A DNA stretch of 64,000 nucleotides from Vicugna vicugna. Its lineage: Eukaryota. How positions within the stretch are numbered: position 1 is the stretch's first letter; each line of letters starts with the position of its first letter. The stretch covers positions 5,266,792 to 5,330,791 of the forward strand of contig MU058384.1 in NCBI GenBank assembly GCA_013265495.1, read 5' to 3'. The notes under the pieces were generated by a model. It was given only the letters and a program-made list of their open reading frames with translations. It had not been told where the DNA came from and did no database searches. Shown here piece after piece: positions 25,552 to 38,406 of the stretch. The position numbers were made by a program, and so were the translations under genes.

Positions 25552-25783
25552 GCAGCACCAGGCATGAAGACTTCATCCAACCATCTATCACCTTGTCCCA
25601 TTGATAGTTATGAAGAAAGATCAGCTAATAGCTCACAAGTAGTACAGACTTCAACAGAGGGAGTCGAGCGTGCTGTTGGCAAAGCAGGGTGTCTTCTGCT
25701 GAGCCCTACAAGGAATTAGGAAAACAGCCCTGGCAACCTGAGGTTGAAATGTTTCAAACACAAGGGCAGACTGTAGCCATGAG
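25552..25783 (+). other. Candidate exon (232 nt), probably non-coding
   Basis: ctaaac branch-like motif, then ctctttcttatctctttttaatag| acceptor; donor GAG|gtgaga at 25781-25789. Confidence 0.3.
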
Positions 25784-26529
25784 GTGAGAGCCTTTTGCTG
25801 GCAAAAAATTTACCACTGACATTTAAGGGGGAGACCAATAAACATGGTTAAAAATAGTCTTTGTTTATGGCTATATGTATGTGAAAGTCACAGAATGGAC
25901 TGCATCTCTGACCACTCCATAGGGTAGAATAGTAAATAAAATATTTGGGTTATCAAAGAATTGAGTAAATAACTGGGACTCACTTATATACGGCAACATC
26001 TGTCAGTAAATACTAAACTTGCCATCAAGAGAGTTCTCAACTTTTATTTCCAACTCTGAGCTATCTGTAAAATAAAGATGACACAGTATAGATTCAGTGA
26101 AGCTGGAAGTAGACCACAAGAGCTCTCCACATGATGGACACCAAGCAGGATTTGTCCTGTAGTTTCTTCCATTTTATGGTGATGCTCAGGTCTTGAAATG
26201 CTTGACACTGAGAACTCTTAAGTGAAGAAACACAATCATATTATATTCTGTTGCTTTTGTCCTTGTCTCTGTTCTGTCTTTACCTTGGCAAGGGCTCACT
26301 AAAAGCAGTCCAGGATTTTACATAATTCATTTAGTTTGAGATAATTGAAACTATAGCCCTAGTTTTAAATCTCAAATATTTTAAAAAAAATCTTATGTTA
26401 CCTACATCAAGTGAAGCTTCACTATGGAATACTGAAGACGGTCTTTGGCTCCCCTGGTCATCCCATTTAAGGTTCTACTGGGGAAATTCTTTTGTTCTGT
26501 CCTGGGATTTCTATGAAAGCACTTCTGTT

Positions 26530-26692
26530 AAGTACTGTTTCTCAAACTTTCATGTGCAGACAAATCACTTGAGGATTTTTTAAAAACATAGATTGTAATT
26601 TAGTAAGAATGGGGCCTGAGAGTTCACATTTCCAAGAAGCTTCCAGGTGACCATCCTGGCCCAGGGATAGACTGTGTGTAGCAAGGCACTGA
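26530..26692. mobile_element. MER5A-like MITE
   Basis: gtttctcaaacttt...aatcacttgagga...tggggcctgagagttcacatttccaagaagcttccaggtga. Confidence 0.75.
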
Positions 26693-27779
26693 ACTTTGGC
26701 CTTTTTCTATACCACTTACTCCTCCCATGGGAGGAAGACTGATTTATCTAGTTGATGAGAGAGCAAGAATCTTTTCATCTATGACCCCCCTGTGAAGGGA
26801 GATATGGGGGCAGAGGCCACTTGTTGCATATGGCGGCCTCTTTTGCTCTCTCCCTTTGCAAATGCCCTGCCAAGGAGTGGACATTTTCTTCTCCATCTGA
26901 CAAAGCTCCTGGGAAGTTTCTGCCTGTAGGGGCAGGAAACCTACCCTGGGCTCTAACAAACAGGTCTGGAAAGTCAGTGGGCTTGGTGAGGCTGCATATT
27001 AGGAATCCCCTTTGGCATTGGTCCAAATCTTGTTTTCCATCCAGCTCCATCAGCAATAAAACTGACCTTCTGATCTTCCAGTTGAAGTCTCTATATGTTT
27101 CTCACTTTGTTCTGAACTTAGTAGGAAGAGAAAGGTAATTAATTTGTCCTTCAAATTCCAGTGAATGCTGTAGAAACCCTGGCCTCCTGATATGGGGGCT
27201 CATCATGGCCTCTTGGATAGGAGAGGGTAGTTATATATGGTGTTGGATCTTCAGCTCCTGCTCCTGTGAGCATCAAGGGGAAGACAAGGATGAGGGTTAT
27301 TCTGAATCAAGTTTGAAAAATGAGGTCAACTGTCCTGCTGTCGCTGGGCTTCTTACATCTTCAGAACATGTTGAGCAGATTTAGGTTCCCTTATAATGCT
27401 GGGATTCAGATGAAAGGAGAGGCCTGTTTTGTCTGTGAGCTCTCTGGGAAAGCCCTAGGGCTCAGAGCGGCACAGGTGGCCGGCTTCTTCCTAAGAGAGA
27501 ACAGGCTGCTATTTTAAGGAGGTTAGAGACTCAAAGAGTTAAGCCATAACAATAATGGCTCAAGTTTTATTTAATTCTATCCCATTGGGTCTCCTCTTTG
27601 GACACCTGTAGTACCCAGTTACTCCTTCTCTACCAGCTTGCAAGGCTGCCTGTCACTCAGCTTTGCATGGTGACACTGCCTTTCACCCTTGTCTGACGCG
27701 AAGTCTAAACCCTCAGGCAACCATCGACAATCACCCAGTTTTGAGTTCTCTTTTATGGGAACTGGATTTGTGCCATATG

Positions 27780-27995
27780 TGGAAGTATGTTGGCTAAAGT
27801 GTCAGACCAAGATTCAAATATCAGCCTTACCTGTTATTAGCTGGATGCTTTAAAGTCTAGGACTTGTTTAGCCTCTCTGAGTCCTGTTTATTCATCCAAA
27901 AAGTAAGAAAAATATTTACAGTTAAATGAGATAGCATATATAAAGTATCTGGCCTAGAGCATACACCTAATACATGATGGCTACGACTATTAATA
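27780..27995 (+). mobile_element. MIR
   Basis: gtcagaccaagattcaaat...cctctctgagtcctgtttattcatc...taaatgagatagcatatataaagt. Confidence 0.7.
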
Positions 27996-28098
27996 TTATA
28001 ACCTTTTTACTTAGCCTTTGTATCTTGCTATTTTCCACACTTTAAGAAAGCATTACCTCCAATATCCACTTCCTGCCATAATCCCCAGGAAAACACAA

Positions 28099-28100
<2 letters not shown>

Positions 28101-28142
<42 letters not shown>
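28101..28142. repeat. (CA)n microsatellite (repeated at 29417-29456)
   Basis: Read directly from the sequence. Confidence 0.95.
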
Positions 28143-28144
<2 letters not shown>

Positions 28145-28227
28145 CCTGAATTCAGTTGCTTACTAATCTTAATATCGACCTATAAAAATTAAGTCAAATA
28201 GTAATGTGCCTCAAAACGATATGTATG

Positions 28228-28787
28228 TGTAGGGGAGAAGAAATTTTCCTCTACCCTTCTAGGTTCTCCTGGCTAGGCTAAGAATTAAACTGACATGAGA
28301 CAGAGAAACAGGAGAAAATCAAACAAAAGTTAATAACATACAGGGGAGAGACCCAGGAGAAATGAGTAATTTGCCAAAATGGCTGAAATTCTCACCTTAA
28401 ATACCATCTTCAGCTAAAGACAAAAAAAAAAAGATGTTGGGAGTAATGGTTTGGGACTTCAAAGGGGGAGGCAGGGTATTCACATGAAGATAGAAAAGCA
28501 AATGTTTGGTAAACAAATGTTTGCTGGGCCATGCAGAAACAATGGGACACAGAGTAGACTCTGATCCCTAGGCCTTGCTGAGTTTCTCCCACCACACTTA
28601 GCCCATATTTTTTACAGGTATCTCTGATGATAGCTCTATTATGGAATGGGCCCTCTGTCTAAAAATTTTTAGGCAGTTAGGGGAAAAGTTAAAGTTCCTT
28701 TATGAGTCCTTTGGAACTTGATTTTTATCAGCTCAAATAGTCAACATGCCAAAGAGACATTTTGGGGTGGCAAATTTTGCTCCCTGA
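28228..28787 (-). mobile_element. ERV1 solo LTR, MER34-like
   Basis: Minus strand starts tcagggagcaaaatttgccaccccaaaatg and ends ctcccctaca; 4-bp flanks tatg/tata. Confidence 0.8.
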
Positions 28788-28904
28788 TATACAAAATTCA
28801 GAATTACCTGTTATATCAATGGTTCTACTGCTCTCTTTCATTTTCTTGATCTTTTAAGTAGAGTCTCTGAGGATTTAATATTTGAAATCAAAAGAAATTC
28901 TGTG

Positions 28905-29087
28905 GGCCTCTCTTGCTCCCTCCTCTTCAGAGACGGCTTGCACTCTGTCTATGGAGCATGTGTCTACTTTTACTTTAACCTGAGCACCCAACCCCACAAC
29001 TTGTGGCCTTTCTCTTACTTCTGAAACAGCCTATACTCTATACAGTTGTATCTCTCTAAATAAATCTACCTTTACTCAGAAAAGGAA
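28905..29087 (+). mobile_element. LTR-like 3' fragment ending in a poly(A) signal and A-rich tail (probable L1-mediated retrocopy)
   Basis: AATAAA at 29059-29064, CA at 29077-29078, A-rich tail, and degenerate TSD aaaagaaattctgtg / aaaagtgattctatg. Confidence 0.55.
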
Positions 29088-29139
29088 AAAAGTGATTCTA
29101 TGAATTCCAGTCTTAATAGATAGCCAATTTTGATAACTG

Positions 29140-29416
29140 NNNNNNNNNNNNNNNNNNNNNNNNNNNNNNNNNNNNNNNNNNNNNNNNNNNNNNNNNNNNN
29201 NNNNNNNNNNNNNNNNNNNNNNNNNNNNNNNNNNNNNNNNNNNNNNNNNNNNNNNNNNNNNNNNNNNNNNNNNNNNNNNNNNNNNNNNNNNNNNNNNNNN
29301 NNNNNNNNNNNNNNNNNNNNNNNNNNNNNNNNNNNNNNNNNNNNNNNNNNNNNNNNNNNNNNNNNNNNNNNNNNNNNNNNNNNNNNNNNNNNNNNNNNNN
29401 NNNNNNNNNNNNNNNN
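29140..29416. other. Assembly gap (277 N)
   Basis: Run of n. Confidence 1.
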
Positions 29417-29458
<42 letters not shown>

Positions 29459-29541
29459 CCTGAATTCAGTTGCTTACTAATCTTAATATCGACCTATAAA
29501 AATTAAGTCAAATAGTAATGTGCCTCAAAACGATATGTATG

Positions 29542-30101
29542 TGTAGGGGAGAAGAAATTTTCCTCTACCCTTCTAGGTTCTCCTGGCTAGGCTAAGAATT
29601 AAACTGACATGAGACAGAGAAACAGGAGAAAATCAAACAAAAGTTAATAACATACAGGGGAGAGACCCAGGAGAAATGAGTAATTTGCCAAAATGGCTGA
29701 AATTCTCACCTTAAATACCATCTTCAGCTAAAGACAAAAAAAAAAAGATGTTGGGAGTAATGGTTTGGGACTTCAAAGGGGGAGGCAGGGTATTCACATG
29801 AAGATAGAAAAGCAAATGTTTGGTAAACAAATGTTTGCTGGGCCATGCAGAAACAATGGGACACAGAGTAGACTCTGATCCCTAGGCCTTGCTGAGTTTC
29901 TCCCACCACACTTAGCCCATATTTTTTACAGGTATCTCTGATGATAGCTCTATTATGGAATGGGCCCTCTGTCTAAAAATTTTTAGGCAGTTAGGGGAAA
30001 AGTTAAAGTTCCTTTATGAGTCCTTTGGAACTTGATTTTTATCAGCTCAAATAGTCAACATGCCAAAGAGACATTTTGGGGTGGCAAATTTTGCTCCCTG
30101 A
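29542..30101 (-). mobile_element. Second, likely artefactual, copy of the MER34-like LTR
   Basis: Identical to 28228-28787. Confidence 0.8.
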
Positions 30102-30878
30102 TATACAAAATTCAGAATTACCTGTTATATCAATGGTTCTACTGCTCTCTTTCATTTTCTTGATCTTTTAAGTAGAGTCTCTGAGGATTTAATATTTGAA
30201 ATCAAAAGAAATTCTGTGGGCCTCTCTTGCTCCCTCCTCTTCAGAGACGGCTTGCACTCTGTCTATGGAGCATGTGTCTACTTTTACTTTAACCTGAGCA
30301 CCCAACCCCACAACTTGTGGCCTTTCTCTTACTTCTGAAACAGCCTATACTCTATACAGTTGTATCTCTCTAAATAAATCTACCTTTACTCAGAAAAGGA
30401 AAAAAGTGATTCTATGAATTCCAGTCTTAATAGATAGCCAATTTTGATAACTGAAGTCACCTACTAGATAATTTAAATCCTTCCATATTGAAAAAGAGCA
30501 GATACTCAAGCTTGGTAACCAGATGTTACATCTTATGATCGAAAAGATGAGGAAGTTATTAAGAACATTAAAATGTGACCTGACAAGTTTCACAGTAATA
30601 TGCAAAGTAGTGTGTTACAATGAGAAATATCTTTGTTTTCCTTCTTTAAGTGTCCATAAGAAAGGCAAATAACCCTGTGGGAACCAACAATAGCCCTCAC
30701 TTTTAAAGACTTTCTGGTCAGCAAATATAAATTGTTATAACTCTTTAGAGCCAAAGCTCTGATCTCATAGAAAATCAAGAGGTACATATATTTAGCAAGT
30801 TTTCTTTTTGTAGGTGGGTGATGCCAATTTGATAAAGAGCATATTGAGTATAAAAATATGGAGAAATTGCTTCTTTTT

Positions 30879-31020
30879 CTGTTTTTGTTTTTGGTTTTGG
30901 TGGGGAGGTAATTTGGTTTACTTATTTACTTATTCATTTCAACGAAGGTACTGGGGATTGAACCCAGGACTTTGTGCATGCTAAGTACTCGCTCTGTACT
31001 GAGCTATACTCTCCCCCACA
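30879..31020 (-). mobile_element. tRNA-derived SINE (Vic-1-like, long form)
   Basis: ggtactggggattgaacccaggactttgtgcatgctaag...actgagctata; perfect TSD aaattgcttcttttt at 30864-30878 and 31021-31035. Confidence 0.93.
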
Positions 31021-31104
31021 AAATTGCTTCTTTTTAAGAACTATTTGATCAAGAGAATGAGTGTTTTTAAAAGAGGAATTGATTTAAGATAATTTGGCAA
31101 TTGA

Positions 31105-31225
31105 CAGAAGTGAATACTCCTTCAGGGCAGGGGTCTTTATTTGTCTTCTTCTCTGACATGAGCCAAATGCCTAGAACAGCACCTGACATTTAGCAAGTTT
31201 TAATAGATATTTGTTAAATGAACTC
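31105..31225 (+). mobile_element. LINE-2 3' terminus
   Basis: ctccttcagggcaggggtctttatttgtctt...tgcctagaacagcacctgacat...aatagatatttgttaaatgaa. Confidence 0.8.
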
Positions 31226-31529
31226 ATGTACCAATTTTTCATATGTGAGCAGTCTTGCTATTAATTCAGTCATTGAAGGAAGAAATTATTATTGTTTAAT
31301 CATCTTAAGACAAAGAGCATTTACTCTGCTTTTTCACTTGCCAAACTGATGGCTTCTTTTACTTTTTTCTTAAAAAGAGAAAAGAAAAGAAAAAAGTGAT
31401 TTCCATTTTCACCAGTGTGACCAAAGATTCATTCCTTTAAATGAAAAGAAATATGAGAACACATCCAAGAAAATTCAAACCTAATTGCAGCTCAACTCTG
31501 TCCTGCTCTTGACACAAGAAGAGACAAGC

Positions 31530-31842
31530 CAGGCAGGTCAGCTCAGAGCCTCTGCTCCAACAATGACTCAGGGATTTGGGCTGCTTTCACTTTGAAACTC
31601 TGTCATCTTGGAGGGCTTTGCTTCTAGCCACATGGATAGCAGAGAGGAAGTATGGATGATTCACAAACACTTGAATTGCCTTGGACCATCAGGGACACAC
31701 CACTTCCACTTACATCCCCATTGGTGGGAACTCAGCCACATCATTTCCACCTTGCAGCAAAGGCAGCTGGGAAATGTAATGAATATAGTCTCGTTCACAG
31801 AGAGCATCAATAGGTTGGCAGTGCAGACTTGATATTGCTACA
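31530..31842 (-). mobile_element. MaLR LTR fragment (MLT1-like)
   Basis: cacttccacttacatcccattggtgggaactcagccacat...gcaaaggcagctgggaaatgta. Confidence 0.7.
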
Positions 31843-33625
31843 CAGTTTAAAACATAAACTGCTACATTTTAGAGGGGGAATCTGATAGTAGGCAAGGAAA
31901 GATTCTATTATTTGCATATGTTGGTATATTCTAATTTTTCAGCCAACTGAAAAATGATTCCAGATTTTTATTCTCAACAGATAGCATTTCTTTTGGTCCT
32001 AAGTGTATCCCTTCCACTGGGCTAGTAGCTTCGTATCAGCTTCCATTGTTTTTTCTCTGCTTTGATGAACAGAGTAAGCTCTTTGATTCCTTTGATGCTG
32101 GTTTCAGCCAGCCATACTGGTGTGTGGTCTGGATGAATGTGTCATTAATTTTCTTTAACTAATCCTGGAACTTGGCTAATTATATTTTCACGGAAGGTAT
32201 ACTTTACCTCCAGAATATGGAATGAGAAACTAAAAACATTTTAGTCAGCAATGCAAGAGAACATTTAAAGGTTAAGAAACAGTAACAGCAATGACAGCAA
32301 GAGCAAGAACAAGAACAAGAGCAAACAATTCTTTGTCCTCGAAGGCATGAGGTCAGAGCACACTTTTCCTGCTGCTCAGGTACCTGTTTGTCTTGCTGTA
32401 GACTGCAGAGGATGGTTTGAGTGCTTTTGTAACTTGTGTCTGTTCGGGTCTTGAACTATGGTTTTATAGGTTGCTTTGTCTTCTTATCAACCTGAAAACA
32501 TTTTTCTGTATTAATGGAACTGACTGATTTGCAACCGTGATTAAATATATTTCCTCATCCCAGACTAAAATTCTGATCAAATTCCTACATGATTATCACC
32601 GTTTCACCATATGTATTATCTCAGTGATTGTGTAGAGAAGCACTTAGTGCCTATTGGATAATCCCTACGATCTAGAGACTCTGACTTGCACAGAAAACTT
32701 TCCTTAAGTTATCTGGAAATAATCATTGGCCCAAAATATGAGGCTAAAGTGCTACATTCTCTTCTTATCTCTCAGTAGATTGCATCAAACTTTTCTCCTG
32801 TTTTCATGATATTGTTTTGGCATTCCAAGTCTGAGGGCAATTTTTGCTACAAGAATTCTGGCTTTGAATTTCCTGGGTATTTTTTTGTTTTAGAAAATTT
32901 AGAGCCTTGGATATTTAGGTCTAGCTCCTTTGGTTATATTTTGAATATCTCCTAGATGATCTTGTACAAATATTTTGAGTTAGATGCATGTCTACATGTA
33001 GGAAACTTGCTGGCTCTCATATTTTCTCACTTTTTAAGTCAACACAGTTTTACTTCTAGAGGTTTCTCTATATAGCCTGCATATTCTCTATGCTGAGCTA
33101 TCTTGTATTTTAAACTATGTATCACAGACTATTGAAAAGACAAAAGAGTAATTGTGGATTTCACAATATGGAATCTCTAGGGATCTAATAATTTGGAACA
33201 TTTACTTCTCTCACCCTCAGAACAGAGATGGTAGAAAGAAAAAAGAAATTGAGAAACAATGTGACAAATTCAACACAGAAATGTGTTATGAATCTCTGAT
33301 AAAAATGAATAGAAAAACTTGAAAGTTGTTAACTTGAAAAATGTTACATAACATGGCATGGGAATCTATTTGGAAAGTTTTTGGCTCAGTGGTAAAAGAT
33401 TTTTGATGTGCTAAACACAATTTTCTTTTTAGATAGAGGGCAGGAGATGGAAGGGAGACCAAGGAGAAGAAGGAGAAGGAAGGTTAACTCTGATTAATTT
33501 CTGAACGATATAAGTTGTCTTGTTGTCAGCCTGTCTAATCTAATTTCAGCTGTCGCCAAACAACATGTATATTATGTTTCTTTGTGTTTTAGTCAAGCCT
33601 AACTTACTTTATTGACTAGGAGACA

Positions 33626-34126
33626 AGTGGCAGACATGCTGGTTCCCTACACCAAGTCTATTTCATCCATCTTCTTTAGTAAAAGAATTCCATGCTTTTA
33701 TTTGGACTGGCAATGTGCCCAGAATTATGTGTAACTAGTAGTGGCCTTGTGACCCAATTTTGGCCAATGAAAGTCATTGGTGGAGCTTCCAGGAAATAAA
33801 ACTGTAATTTTTCTAAGAATAAAAGGGGAAAAAAAATCTCAGCTGGCATGTGTCTTTGTCCCTTGCCCTTTCCCCTTCTTCCTGCCTGGATTGAGAAGTT
33901 TATGTCTGAAGGTGTGGCAGCTGTCCAGTGAGTATAAAGACAAAGGTCACATGTTAAGGATGACAAAGTGTAGTATAGAAGGAGCTTGGTTCCTTGAACA
34001 ATTGTCTTAGGCCTGGACTGTCCACCTTGAGCATCCTTGTAAAATGAGATCTATAGTCTTCTGTTTATTTAAGCTGTTTTAGCTGGTTTCTGTTCCATGC
34101 AGCCAAATGCAATCCTAAATGATTCA
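33626..34126 (+). mobile_element. ERV-L solo LTR (LTR33-like)
   Basis: gtggcagaca start; gtgacccaattttggccaatga; ends tttctgttccatgcagccaaatgcaatcctaaatgattca. Confidence 0.8.
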
Positions 34127-34519
34127 GCTTAATTAGACAGTGGTAAGTAAGTTCTGCAATAGGATCCCTTCGGCTGCTTCCATGGTAGACTAGAGACCAA
34201 CTGTTCTATTGCCTGCTTCTGTCTGTGCATGGAATTGGCATTAACTGATACACAAAGGCTAAAGTTATCATGAGGGATATCTCCTCTCTGATCGTTGAAA
34301 CAGTTGACCGAAAGAAATGAAAATGCAGTGCTTTTTGTTTGTTTGATCATATTTCCTGCCCTCAGTCCCTCTTAATTGATCTTTTGGAAAATGTTTCGGA
34401 ATGTACTCCTTCCCTGGAGTACGTTTATATCCATCAATGCCATCCTTGACATCCCTCTCCCACCCTGCTGTCCTTCATTCTGGGTTATTACAAATGTAGA
34501 GTTCTCTGGACACATTTCA

Positions 34520-34900
34520 CAACCTATTTTAGAGCTAAAAGGACCTTAGAGATGGTCTATTTCAATTCTATCATTCCACTGAAAAGGAAATGAGGAGAAA
34601 GAAGAGTAAAATAAGACCTCCAAGTGAAACAAGACTTATTGGCAGTGAGTTGTGTGTGATAGGCACTAATTACAATGGTGAACATTTATGGTGTTTTTAC
34701 TACACGCCTGGCCCAGTGCTAAGCATAATTCATGCTTTATCAGTGTTTCATCCTCCCAACAGCACTGCGAAGGAAGGTTTATAAGCATCTTTATTTTACA
34801 GTTGAGGACACTCCAGCATGGGAAGATGACATAACTTCTCAAGGTCATATGCCTAGTCATGCTTTACTCCAGGAGAGTCTGGGAAATGAAACACAGACTG
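34520..34900 (-). mobile_element. MIR fragments
   Basis: aaaggaccttagagatggtcta; tcatcctcccaacagcactgcgaagg...tattttacagttgaggacact. Confidence 0.7.
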
Positions 34901-35064
34901 CTCATCCTTCATCATAACTGATGTCAAACAAATCAACCTACCACATCCTTCAGAGTGGAGACTGAAAATACCATGTGATTAGTCTGTCACAGATTAATAA
35001 AAACTTGGACAATTGCCTTGTTGCACGTTAATCACTTATAAATAGTTTGAGGATAGTAAGATTT

Positions 35065-35500
35065 CCATTCATTCACTCAGTAACTGAGAAGTTACTATAG
35101 TTCAGGCATGAAGCCAGGCCTTGGGGATGTAACATGGTACAAGTTCCAGTTCTTGCCTTCAAGAGACTTACAGCCTGTAAGGTAGACTGGGAGGCCAAAA
35201 GGCAAGTAAGTGCTCTGTGTTCTGTGCAGGCAGGAGAGGAAAGGATTTAACCAGTGAAGTGGGAAGAAGGCATCACAGTTGTGGGGGGTATTGTATGCTG
35301 AGGACAAAAAGGAAGGAAGAGCATGGTGCATGGCGGGATATCAGGTGGGCAGGATGGCTGGGCTGTTAACTCAAGGGATCACAGGGCCAGAAGTCAGCTG
35401 GGGTCTGGTTAGCTATGAGAAGTGAGAAGCCATCCAATGGCTTCACTCAGGGGAGTGATATCATCAGATTTATGTTACAGAAAAACTACCCCAGTTATTC
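35065..35500 (-). mobile_element. LINE-2 fragment
   Basis: cattcattcactcagtaactgag...ttcttgccttcaagagacttacag...caggggagtgatatcatcagattt. Confidence 0.7.
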
Positions 35501-36734
35501 CATAGAGGTAACATCAAAAAGAAGTTCTGATTCTGTCTTTGAAAAACTTTACTACTTTGTTTTTCACATTTTTTTGTGTCCATACCAGGCATGACAAATA
35601 CCCACCAGAAAATTAAAAACAGAAAAAAGCAGATTCTTGGCTTTATTGTGAATATAACAGGACCCTGGGATCAGATAGGAGTTGGATTTCTGTGTATATT
35701 TGGACAATTGGGTATAAATTGCCTTAGGTGAGTAGGAGCTACTCGTACTATGGATTTGGAACAGAATGATCTGTTGAGTTTAGTGCATGCACGCACGTTT
35801 GCCTGTGTTTGTTCAAAACCTTCTACGGCGAACAGAATATGCAATAAAGTTGGTGCTGACAAGTAATGCCCTTTGTTTGTCCAGACATACATGTAAAAAT
35901 GAAAAAACTTTTCTTGTTCTTTCTAAAAGGTCAAGTACTTTTTCCTGAAGGACATCTCTTTAAGCCACCTTCCAAGGCATTCTTAACACAGTTGAAGACA
36001 TTTTTCTGAAATAACGATAACATTCCAGTGACTTCTCTGTGTCACATCAAAGTTGTGAGACACGTACATACAAAAATGATGATAGGTAATTATGCAGATG
36101 CAACCTGCTCCAGTTGTGCTAAATATTAATGAGAGTCTCTGTGTTCTATGATGCATTGCGGTGCTCAGATCCATTCACATATCTCTGACTGCCCTTTCTG
36201 AGCAAATGAGGAAGAAGAAAACACAATCTCATTTTTGGCATAATATCCAGTAATGATGAGTATCTGCAATAAAGTTCATAATATAACATAAGACACTGGT
36301 ACAATAAACACTGAAAAATAGGGAGTCATGCTGAAAAGATGTGACTGTTTCACTTGTTAAGGCCATTTTTATCTGCAGCAAATAGAGAACATTTAACTTG
36401 ATCAAATTCTAAAATTGCAGTTCCTGAGTCTGGTTGTGATGCATGATTACCCATCTCCAGATGATGGATTTATTAATTCAAGTACTTAAAAAGTCCATGA
36501 TTTGGTGCTATTCTTAAAAAAAAAATGCTAGTCTCATTGAGCGGAAAAAGGAGTTTCATAAGGTTAACCCCATATTGGGTACAAAGTTATTAAATTTTTC
36601 TTAAAGTTCATAACAGGTTAAGTGAAAATTGTCTAGTTCTTAGTGCTATCTTCACTCCAATATTTCACAAACATTAATAATTGATTATTTGGGAGCATTT
36701 TTGTCTTCTCTAAGATCTTTCTGTGCTATTTATC

Positions 36735-36895
36735 AGCAATGTGACTTTGAGCAACTTAGTCTAAGATCCCAGTTTCTAAACTTATATTCTCTAAAATGTA
36801 GTCAAGTAATACATCCACAAGGGATTGTTATGAGGATCAAATAAAATAAATGAAAATGTTTAACACAATGTCTGACATGTATTAAGTTCTTGGTG
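36735..36895 (+). mobile_element. MIR
   Basis: tgtgactttgagcaactta...gggattgttatgaggatcaaataaaataa. Confidence 0.7.
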
Positions 36896-37059
36896 GAATC
36901 TGAGGTAAGATATTGCTCTTTAGAAAGTGGAAGTAACATCTCAAAGTTAAACGAAGGTGAGATTGGCAACAGACACAGACAACTTAAATTCTTTTCATGA
37001 TATCTTTTGCTCCCTTCTGCCAAATTCAAAATGAGAAAAGTCAACAAAATTCTTTTTTT

Positions 37060-37330
37060 TTTTTAAATTGAAGTGTAGTTGATTTACAATGTTAGTTTTA
37101 GGTGTACAGAAAAGTGATTCAGTTATACATATATTTTTTTTCAGATTTTTTTTCCACCATAGCTTATTATAAGAAATTGAATATAGTTCCCTGTGCTATA
37201 CAGTAGGTCCTTGTTTATCTATTTTATATACAGTAGTGTGTATCTGTTATTCCCCAATTCCTAATTTATTCCTCTCCCCCACTTTCCTTTCTGGTAACCA
37301 TAATTTATTTTCTATATCTGTGTGTTTATT
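37060..37330 (-). mobile_element. Cetartiodactyl-type L1 3' end
   Basis: ttgaagtgtagttgatttacaatgttag...gttccctgtgctatacagtaggtcc; aaaattcttttttt on both flanks. Confidence 0.92.
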
Positions 37331-37764
37331 AAAATTCTTTTTTTTAAAACAAAATTCTTTATTACTGTCCTTAGACACTTAGTTTTTGGAAGGTTAATGG
37401 GGAATTGAAATAATATGAATTAGTAAAATGAGCAATTGCTATATGCCAATAGTTATGCTATATTTTTTTCTAGTATAACTGATAATGAATTTCCTTCCTA
37501 GCTTTTAATGACAAGAGATGTCTCATTGCTTTACTTCGAAAATGTCAAATTCAATCTGAATTGGAGCTTCCAGTCTCTAAGTTGTCATGGTTTGCATCCC
37601 TAGGCTCATGCAAAGACCTGTGTGAAAAATGAGATCAAAGCACAGTGGCAGTTGTCTTTACCATTGCTGTTTTCAGGCCTGACCCTCCACTCTATCGTAA
37701 CAAACCTTGTATGATTTTTCCAATTCTCCCAATTACCTCCTCCTTCACCTTGCTTGGCCAGTGT

Positions 37765-38254
37765 GCCATGTGAACCTTGTTGACCCTGTATCTGAGGCTT
37801 GGATGAAATATCCACATCCAGCAGGATACAGGATGTGATTTTGTGATCATCACCAAGGTCCTGGCTGGAGGAGAAACCCAGAGGTTCAGGGAGTTATCTT
37901 CCTATGAGGTGAACCTTGACCAATGAGAAATGGGAGACAGGAGGAAGCCAAGAACAATTACTGGTCTTTTTTGGTTCTTGTGGACTGCTATAAGGTGCCG
38001 TTTCTCCTTGCAGACCTGACAGGAGAAGACCTTCATGCCAAGTGGACATGCCTGCTGAACAACCTACAATAACTTCCTGATTTCTGAAGCAATATTCAGC
38101 TGGTAATTCATTGCATGACATTGTTTAACATCTTTCTATGCCTCTTCTCCCTCTTTTCCTTACTCTCACTGCCCTGGGCTTGCATCTCCCAAGTAAAGTT
38201 TTACTACCTTAATCTTTGCCCTGGACTCTGCTTTATAGGAAACTAGGCTAAACA
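37765..38254 (+). mobile_element. ERV-L solo LTR (LTR40-like)
   Basis: ttgaccaatgagaaatgggagacaggagg...ctgggcttgcatctccca...ctctgctttataggaaactaggctaaaca. Confidence 0.65.
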
Positions 38255-38406
38255 GCCATTCGCCATCGTGTGCTTCACGGAAGTGGAGTATGAATCTTTG
38301 CTATAGGATGGAATGCCCCTCCCAAGTCAATCTCTTCCCAGTCTTAGGATACTCATCCTCTCCAATAGGTTCTTTTTTCTCTATTCAAGCATCAATATCA
38401 GCCTTT

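Larger units (their letters stand above)
28103..30453. repeat. Identical 1037-bp direct repeat (28103-29139 and 29417-30453) flanking an assembly gap
   Basis: Constant offset of 1314 bp; identical ORF translations at 28410 and 29724; both copies abut the N run. Confidence 0.95.

Noticed and set aside
29072..29480. ORFs spanning the N run
   Set aside because: Artefacts of translating the gap and the (CA)n repeat.
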